DNA from: Emiliania huxleyi CCMP1516
Taxonomy: Eukaryota
Length of the DNA stretch: 64,000 bases
Reading direction: 5' to 3'
Assembly: GCF_000372725.1 (NCBI RefSeq)
Contig: NW_005201192.1
Span: forward strand, 62,001-126,000
In this document: positions 56,526-64,000 of the stretch, in pieces
How the letters are laid out: every line of letters starts with the position of its first letter
Numbering within the stretch: the stretch's first letter is position 1
Translations under genes and position numbers: made by a program
The notes under the pieces: generated by a model
What the model was told of the DNA's origin: nothing
What the model saw: the letters and a program-made list of their open reading frames with translations, nothing else
Database searches by the model: none

Positions 56526-57401
56526 CCTCTCCGCCGCCGTTCACGGTCGAGAGCGTAGAGCATGTGCGTAATGCGTCGGTCATAGGCTCACCCAGCCCCG
56601 ATTTACGATCCCACTGCATAAGACCTGTGCGTAATACACCGTGCGTAGCGGCCCGAGAGCGAGCCTCTCTGGCAAAGCTTACATAAAACAGATGCGTGGT
56701 GTGTGGTGCGTAGCGGCCAGAAGGTCGGTGGTAACGATCGGGACAGAAGACGTGCGCATAATACGCAGCACATTTGAAATCACCGATCGTGCTTTCTGTC
56801 CGCACGCGTAAAGCGAGGCGTATGCGTGACGCATCACTGAGCCTCCACTCGGCTTGACACGGCACCAAAATACACGACGTCTCAGCGACGTCCTACGAAC
56901 CGTGGGCATGGATGTGCATAAGGTGGCCGACAATTGCATTAGTGGCTCTTACATATCCATAGCGGGACTAATAACCTCCCTCTCATAAATCAAACACGTG
57001 CGCCAGCGCCATGTGGGATGTGGCCAGCGCGCTGCGCGCCGGGCCAGTCGGCGGCTGCGCGGTGGCCGCGGGGCCGGCGGGCCAGGGGGGGGGGGGCGCA
57101 GCACGCTCGTCTTAACATTTTTCTACGAGGTATAGCGAGGCCGTGCACGATAGAAACGAGAGATAATGATACACCGGTGGACGCATAATCCAGTAAGTAC
57201 CCCCGGGTTGGCGACCGTGGGACGCGGTGGGCGCAGCGCCAAAGCGCCGCCCGAGCAGCCTCGTCACACACCGCTGGAATAGTCCGCGCCTGCAATCAGC
57301 GGCGCGGTCGACCCTACTTCATCGCCCGCCTCTCCCGCCTCGCCGCCCCTCGTGCTCCCTCGGAGCAGGGCGACCGTGCGGGCGAGGGAGGCGGACGGCC
57401 C

Positions 57402-58746
57402 CTACTTCTTCTTCGCGCCCTCCGAGACGGGGAAGGCTTCGCCGCGCCCTGCCTGCCCGCCCGCCCCCTTGGCCGCCTCCTGCGCCTGGCGGGCGGCCAG
57501 CTTCTTGAGCTCCTCGGGCGTGGCGGGCTTGAAGTTCTTGAGCCACTTCATCAGGATGAGGTCGTCGCGCACCTGGGGGAGGGGGGGGCGGCGAGGGGGA
57601 GGCGGGGCGGTCGGCGAGGGGAGGGGAGGCGGCGGGAGGGGAGGGGCGAGGGGCGTGCGTCGCGCCAGCAGCGAGAGCGAGACGAGGTAGAGGACCTCCT
57701 GCCAGCGGAGGACGCCGCGGGCGGCGTTGTCTGCGCCCCAGGCGAGGTGGAGGGACCAGTTGCAAAAGCAGCAGCCCGCGTAGAGGACGAAGCAGCCGCG
57801 GGAGAGGGGTCGCATCCACCACGAGCCGGGCGATGTGACGCGCAGGCCGAGGAAGCCTACGGCACCGGGCGGCAGGGCTGGCTGGTGGCGCGCGCGATAT
57901 GGCTCCGTGTGGCTCCTTGCGGCTGTGTCTCGCCGTTGACGGGGAAGGCGAGCGTGGACCAAAAGCCGTAAAACATGAGCTTCTGCGCGATGGGCGACTC
58001 GCCAAAGTCGATGGTCATCACCCAGAGCAGCCACGCCGTGACCGCCCAGTGGTGGATCTTGGTCGTGAGCGGCAGCTTGTGCACGACAGCCAGCGCGACG
58101 ATGTCGACCGCGGCGTACAGCAGCGAGATCTGCTTGAGGTATGCGTGGTGGCCGGCGTCGACGCTCCAGTTGCAGCTGACGGGTCGGGCGCCGGGGGCCT
58201 CTCGGCGCGCGGTGCGTGCGCGCTAGGGGCGTGTAATGGGACGGGCGGAGGCGGAGACAGGAGGAGTGGAGGCAGAGAGAGGCGGCGGGAGAGGCAGAGG
58301 AGGGGGAGGGGATGGAGGCGTCGCCTCAAGTTGAAGCCGAGCGGGTTGAGCGTGCAGCCGTACTCCTTGGACGAGTACCAGAGCCACGAGAAGGAGGTTG
58401 CCTGAGCGCCGAGCAGCAGCGACTTCATCAGGTTCATCAGAACGTACATCTGCTTGTGGCGCGGCGTGATTTTCGCAAAGTCGGGCCACACCGCGTTTAG
58501 GACCGAGCGCGAGGCGTAGAGCGCGACCACCATCGCGAGCGAGCAGGTCGCAAAGTAGGCCGCCTCGCGTGGGTGGTCGTCCAGCGCCGCGACCGCCTCT
58601 TTGCCAAAGAGCCGGTCCCAGAGAGCGTGTATGCCGTTCGAGATGGCGGCCTGCGAGTCGAAATACCGCCCCGCCTGCGGGCACTCGCCGCGGTACTCGG
58701 GGATGAAGCGGTGCGCTTCGTCGACAGTGGGTTGCAGCGACGTCAT
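57402..58746 (-). CDS. Multi-pass membrane protein, TLC (TRAM/LAG1/CLN8)-like; 3-4 introns
   Basis: Several TM segments; YAAVDIVAL..KLPLTTKIHH; STLAFPVN|GFLGLR; VRDDLILMKWL. Confidence 0.7.
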
Positions 58747-59083
58747 TGGGGTTGCGAGCGTAGCGTTGGAGCCACACCCAGAACCTTGCGAACGAGCCTG
58801 AAACCCAGGGGGGAGGGTAGTTTGACGAACACAGGCTTGATGACAAAAAGAAGAACATAAATCAAGGCTAAGCTCAAAAGAAGAACAGAACGGTGTGTGT
58901 GTGTGTGTGTGTGTCACACACTCACACACAGAACAGAACGCGGGCGTCTTTCTTTCTTCACCCCTCGACAATACACCTAGAGACCCCTCAAACTTACAAT
59001 CCAATCGATCAATCGACGGGCGGTACCTCGATGCCACCCTGGCTTTTGCGCGGCAGCAACTGCACTATCCTACGACAATCGGG

Positions 59084-60215
59084 ATGCCCCCTTCCGGCAC
59101 CGCGATCGCCCCAGTGGCTGCCAAGCCTGCCGTGCCACCGCCGAGCCTGCAATACGTGAATGGCCTGCGGCGTGCAGAGCGAGGCCACGAGCAGTCGCCG
59201 CAAGTGAGAGACGTCTCGAAGGCGAAAGGAGGTGGGCATGACCTCAACTGCTGCCCCGAGCGATGCTGGTGTGTAAGCGCTCTGCCGTTGCCCGCTGCAC
59301 CGGACGGGGACGGACCCCTGCATGCGCTGAACGAGTGGATGCTCACAGACACGCGCGCACACGTGCCGCCCTCCGCCTGCGGCAAGGCGCTCTGCTTTTG
59401 TGACGACGCCTACCCGCGGGTGCCAAACGGCATCAAGGACATCGAGGAGATCAAGGCGCACCCCCCTCACCCCTCCCAATCTGGTACCGCCTCTCCCCTC
59501 TCACTCTGGCGTCGCCCCAACTCCCCAAGATGCTGGCCGGGGTGATGATCGAAGGGGAGGGCGGCATCACCGGGACGGTCCTCACCAAGCGCTGGATGGA
59601 ATTTGACGCGGAAACAAAGTCCGGCCTGATCAAGACTTACGGCGGATACGGCGGCTTGTACAGCGCGGCGCAGTGGTCGGGCGGGAACAACTTCTTCGAG
59701 AACGGAGTTGGTCCCTTTTTCAACCGCTGCTGCAACCAGAGCTGTGCGTGCGTTTTGGCCCTCCACCGCCCCCCCCTCTTCCGACCCTCCCTCGGCACCC
59801 GCCCGCACCGCCGCAGACGGCTTCCAGTTCACGGAGGACTATCTCAAGGCCACGATCAGCGTCAAGTTAAACTTTTGCATCTGCATCCCCTGCCTGCCGC
59901 CGTTTTTTAAGGTGCCCGAATGTTGCATCGCGTGCGACATGGTGCAGGTGTGCGTGCAGGAGACGCTCCACCCGCACCTCTCACACGCTCACACTCGCCA
60001 TCCCCTTCCGTCCCGTCGTGACACAGGAGCCAGAAGGCCACGGCCCCGACGGCTCGAACTGGAACCGGCGGCAGGCCATCTGCCCGCTCTGCTGCGGCGG
60101 AGAGATGAAGCACCTCTACTACTTGCAGAATGTGGTCACGCCAGATGGGCGCCGGGGCGTCTACTACGACCAGCTCAGCAAGATCGGACACGCCGAGTAT
60201 TACTTCGCGCGCTGA
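59084..60215 (+). CDS. Hypothetical Cys-rich protein, about four introns
   Basis: Coding-like exons that can be joined across GT/GC-AG introns; multiple CC pairs; no family recognised. Confidence 0.65.
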
Positions 60216-60445
60216 GTGGTTGGCGGAGCGCGTATTGTTCATGAACCATCCACCGAGAGACACGCCCTCGCGCCTCGCCGTTCGTCAAGGGAACAGTTGG
60301 GGGGTGGGGTGTCCCGGCCGCCGACTCTGACGTACATGTCATCGTCATCGATCACATCGTCCCCCGCACCCCAACGCCAAACGTGATAATTTTTGAAATA
60401 GTTGCGGTTAGTTCTAACCACGGACTTCTTTAATAGCACCAAATG

Positions 60446-60690
60446 TGCACTTGAGCACTTGGAGTCTTGGAGTGCAGTCGGCAGCCTCACATCCAGGGCC
60501 GGGGAGCTAAGAAGCGCACCCAGCGAGCCGGATGATCGATATCGGGTTACGGGCTAAAGAGCCCTTAGCCCTGGGGGTGCGCGTTCGCAGGGAAAGGGCC
60601 GTAAAGGATAAACAATCGGTTCTCCGAGGGTTGGTTCTGCGCTTTGGGTGTCCCCTAGCGGCGGAACGCCCCCTCTACTCGGAGCTAAGA
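60446..60690 (-). mobile_element. Family A copy 3 with CAAGTGCT tail
   Basis: Homologous to 25406-25645. Confidence 0.8.
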
Positions 60691-60745
60691 AACACCAGAC
60701 ACGCACACGACGTACGTGAGTGAGTGTGAGTGAGTGCACACACTT

Positions 60746-60857
60746 GAAAGAAAAAAAGAAAACAGAGAACCCAAGGGAGGGATGGGAGAACGGCACGCCG
60801 CCACCACACAGGGATTTTAAGGAGAGGGGTGTGGTGCGCTAGCCGTCGCCCACCCTT
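60746..60857 (-). mobile_element. Family B 3'-end fragment
   Basis: Homologous to 5992-6105. Confidence 0.8.
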
Positions 60858-61046
60858 GAACCAGTCGAGAAGTTATTTCCAAACCGCACAACACGCAACA
60901 CACAATGCACAACACACACACACCCCGCACACCGCACACCACCACAACACACAACACACAACAAACTCGTAGTTTCTTCTGTCAGCAAACAGATTCTTTT
61001 TCTGTACGCTCGCCGACGCCGAAAGGCTAGAAGGCTGCGCGGCAGC

Positions 61047-62087
61047 ATGCTCGCGATCCTCATCGTACTCGTGATCACAGTCGCCGTGGCCATCCTCCTT
61101 CTCTTTAGCACGATGATCGGCCTCTCCCCCCTCGACATTCTGGCGTCCGTGTTCACCAAATCCTCCGGCACCCTCTACCCGCCGTTCAGCTCCAAGGTCC
61201 TCGCCGCGCGCACGCGCCACGAAGGCAAGGAGGTGGTGCTCAACCTGCCGCTCGCCCGCAAGTGGGCGGCATTCTGCCACTCGCCTGACATCGAAAAGCA
61301 CATCTCGGCCGTCTACGTCTCCTTGCCGCTGACGATGTCGGCGCTGATCCGCCACGTTGTCGCCTCGCCGGACTTTCCGCTCTCGGTCATGGGAGTCGTC
61401 CACGCCAAGCACGTCATCGAGCAGTTCGAGTGCATCGACGCCTCTGTGCTCGGCGTGTACAACTACAGCATCTCCGTCACCGGCTCGCGCCTCAACGAGA
61501 TCGGCGCCGAGTGCGACGTGCTCATCGAGGTCTCCTCGCCGCTGAACAGCCGCTTGCTGGTGAGCACCACGATGACCTTCACCTCCACCGACGCGAAGAA
61601 GGCGCGCGCCGCGAGGAAGCGCCGGCCGGAGCTGACGGCGGCGGAGCAGGCTGCCAAGACCAATCTGGGGCCCACCGCCTCGGCGCCCAAGCAGTTTGTC
61701 GAGGAGATCAAGCGCGATCACTCGAAAAAGTACGCGGCGTGCTCAGGAGACATGAATCCGATCCACCTCCCGATCTACTGCAAGGCGATGGGCCTCCCAA
61801 AGCCCATCATGCACGGAGTGTTCTCGCTCGCGCGCGGTGTCGCCGCCATCACCGACGCTTACTCGCTGGCGACGGTCCCAAAGCTGCGGATTGCCGCCGC
61901 GTGGAAGCTGCCGATGCCCGTGCCGGCGACGGCCCACTTCACCTTCGGCGAGTTGGTCGACGTCACGAAGACGGAGCATGCGAACGGACTTGACACGACA
62001 AAGTTCAAGCGACACATCGAATTCCTCGCGACTCGGGAGGGTAAAGGGGGCACGCTCCCCCACCTACGGGGGGTCGTTTCCTTCTGA
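61047..62087 (+). CDS. MaoC-like double-hotdog dehydratase with N-terminal membrane anchor
   Basis: YAACSGDMNPIHL..GLPKPIMHGVFSLA hydratase-2 motif; DFPLSVMGVVH. Confidence 0.88.
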   Translation: MLAILIVLVITVAVAILLLFSTMIGLSPLDILASVFTKSSGTLYPPFSSKVLAARTRHEGKEVVLNLPLARKWAAFCHSPDIEKHISAVYVSLPLTMSALIRHVVASPDFPLSVMGVVHAKHVIEQFECIDASVLGVYNYSISVTGSRLNEIGAECDVLIEVSSPLNSRLLVSTTMTFTSTDAKKARAARKRRPELTAAEQAAKTNLGPTASAPKQFVEEIKRDHSKKYAACSGDMNPIHLPIYCKAMGLPKPIMHGVFSLARGVAAITDAYSLATVPKLRIAAAWKLPMPVPATAHFTFGELVDVTKTEHANGLDTTKFKRHIEFLATREGKGGTLPHLRGVVSF

Positions 62088-62546
62088 CGCGACGAGCGAG
62101 GCAACAAAGAGAGAGGCCGTAGAACTCACCCACAAAACCACCTATACTAATTTCTCATTCACCTTTTTGGTCTGTGCTAGACGTTTCGCCCCGTGCCCGT
62201 GAGCGTGTGTGTGTCGCCCCACACGCCCCGCCTTTTACTACCATGTACCATCTGCCAACGCGCCATGCAACGCGCAACGGCCTTTTTTACTGACTCTCTG
62301 TGCACACTCGAACCCTCGCACCTAATGTGCGCGCCATAGGCTGTCCAGTCGCAGTCGTTCGGGGTGACTTGTGTGCATGCACAACATGACATGTACATGT
62401 ACATGTGTATTTTTTGCAGGGCGAGGAACAAGATCCTGCACACCATGCGCACACTCGAGAGAGAGCGTCCGGCCTCACGTGCTCTGAGATGAGCTCTATT
62501 TCAGATTCACAATATGTTCCGGTCCACAATGTGAGAGACTGTGTCC

Positions 62547-63062
62547 TTAGAGCTGCTCCATATCGTCGTCGTCAAGGAACGCTTCGCAATCTGCGCCGCG
62601 CTTGGAAACCTCTGAGTTCCTCGGTATGCTCGCCTCCTTGAGCTTCTTCGAGGTCAGCGTCGAAGTGAGCACGCCGATGCGAATCTCGAGCTGTTTTGTC
62701 TCGGTGCGCAGCTGCGTAAGGGCCGTCTTCACCTTGAGCAGCGGCTTTGTGTCCGTCATCGACGCACCTCGGGTGTCCATCTGCGCCTTCACTTTGGCGA
62801 GATCCTCCGAGACGGACTGAAGATCACTGGTCAGCGCGTTGATCGTGTCAGCATTCTTGTTGTACTCCTCCATGCGAGCCCTCAGCTCATCCTTTCTCTC
62901 TGCATAGCGCGCGACCGCGTCGGCGCATTGGGTGTTGACCTTCTGCTCGGCGTTTTGAATGGCCTGCAAAGTCCGCGCGAGATCCTCCGCAAGCCGCTCG
63001 AGCGTCGCGGCCGTCTCCGGCGCGAGCGCCTGCAGCTTCGCCTGGTGCGACTTTGTGTTGAC
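62547..63062 (-). pseudogene. IFT57: Intraflagellar transport protein 57, C-terminal coiled-coil half only
   Basis: SEDLAKVKAQMDTRGASMTDTKPLLKVKTALTQLRTETKQLEIRIGVL matches the IFT57/HIPPI C-terminal signature; in-frame stop just upstream and no N-terminal half visible. Confidence 0.8.
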
Positions 63063-63316
63063 TAGAGCCCCAGCCTACTCCGCGTGAACTCTCGAGGGAT
63101 CTCGAGTTGCTCCCAGCTGCTCGGTGTACGAACTCTGTTCACAGCCTTGTTATTGAGAAGAAAATACGTCGTATGGCGCTGTGCGCTGGTCTGTGAGAGG
63201 TTGAGGTGCGAGCCCTGGAGGCCCTGGGGATGGGGGGAGACTACCCGCGGGCCTAGATGGCCGCGCGCATTCACACCGAGCAGCGAGGAGTGACTGCGGC
63301 ACAGCAGAGGAGATTC

Positions 63317-64000
63317 ATGTTCGTGGTGGCGCTTTCTGGCGTGCTGCTGGCGTCGGCCGGCCACGTCGTCCGCCTGTCGGTTCGCGCACGCCACGCAGTA
63401 CCATCCTCCCACATCCGGGCGTCCGAAGCGCCTGAGAAACGTCGGATCCCTGAGCCTCTGGTGGAGTGGGGCATGACCGAAGAGCTGTACTCAAAGCTGT
63501 CGCACAACTACCGGCGCAACTTCATAAAGCTCATGAAGCGTGGCGACGAGGAGATGGCGCGCAGCAAAATTACCAGACTTCGCGGGTACCTCTGCAGCGA
63601 CGCCGACGCGGACGCGACTCCCGCTGCTGCCGCCAGCGTCGCCGACGCACCTCCTGAGCAGCCACCGGCGACGGCAGCGCCACCGCCATCGCCACCGCCA
63701 CCAGCGGCGCCACGAGCGTCGCCCACGCCAGCGCCCTCGGCTGCAGCGGCTGAGGCTTTGGAGGCCTCGGCGGTGCTACAGGCAGAGCTTGCATCTGCGA
63801 GGCGCAAGCTGGCGGCAGCCGATGCGGCAGCGGCTGCGGCGGCCGAAGTGGTGGCTGAGGCGGAGCTTGTCCGAGCGGAGGCGGCCCAGGAGGTGCAGCG
63901 GGTGGAGGCGGCAGCGGCGGCGGCTGCAGCGGCCGAGGCGGCGGCGGCGGCCGAGGCGGCGGCGGCGGCCGAGGCGGCGGCGGTGGAATCGAAGGAGGAG
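63317..64000 (+). CDS. Hypothetical protein with signal/transit-like leader and Ala-rich coiled coil; runs off the window
   Basis: MFVVALSGVLLASAGHVVRLSVRAR..IPEPLVEWGMTEELYSKL; frame open to the window end. Confidence 0.7.
   Translation, partial: MFVVALSGVLLASAGHVVRLSVRARHAVPSSHIRASEAPEKRRIPEPLVEWGMTEELYSKLSHNYRRNFIKLMKRGDEEMARSKITRLRGYLCSDADADATPAAAASVADAPPEQPPATAAPPPSPPPPAAPRASPTPAPSAAAAEALEASAVLQAELASARRKLAAADAAAAAAAEVVAEAELVRAEAAQEVQRVEAAAAAAAAAEAAAAAEAAAAAEAAAVESKEE

Larger units (their letters stand above)
54705..56970. mobile_element. 2.26-kb TIR element carrying an AP2-domain gene
   Basis: Perfect 18-bp inverted repeat AGTCCCGCTATGGATATG (54706-54723 / 56952-56969); TACGCA motifs on the left and TGCGTA motifs on the right. 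Confidence 0.75.

Overview
GC-rich, intron-containing eukaryotic DNA, most consistent with a haptophyte of the Emiliania/Gephyrocapsa type (inferred from GC-AG introns, 10-15 bp intronic tandem repeats, AP2 and RCC1 family genes). About 18 host genes or gene fragments are present: a GBP/atlastin-like GTPase, a secreted thioredoxin/PDI with a ClpS-like N-domain, a double-AAA ATPase, FolB, an ASPIC/UnbV fragment, RPS27, an EXD3-like exonuclease, an F-box protein, an EGF + exostosin (GT47) glycosyltransferase, a TPR protein, a PhyH dioxygenase, a TLC-like membrane protein, a MaoC dehydratase and a 5'-truncated IFT57. They are interspersed with many mobile elements. Highlights: (1) a ~3,460-aa membrane-anchored acidic protein built from ~60 copies of a 44-aa Ala/Glu helical repeat plus four copies of an unrecognised 4-Cys domain; (2) an APE-type LINE with a viral-like 2A peptide, whose stop codon runs straight into an 11-bp tandem array; (3) an intron-containing Tudor + tyrosine-recombinase (Crypton-like) gene; (4) a 2.26-kb TIR element carrying a double-AP2 gene and a TTAGGGG array; (5) a decayed flagellar IFT57. 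All assignments come from motif recognition by eye; no searches were run, and exon boundaries are inferred.
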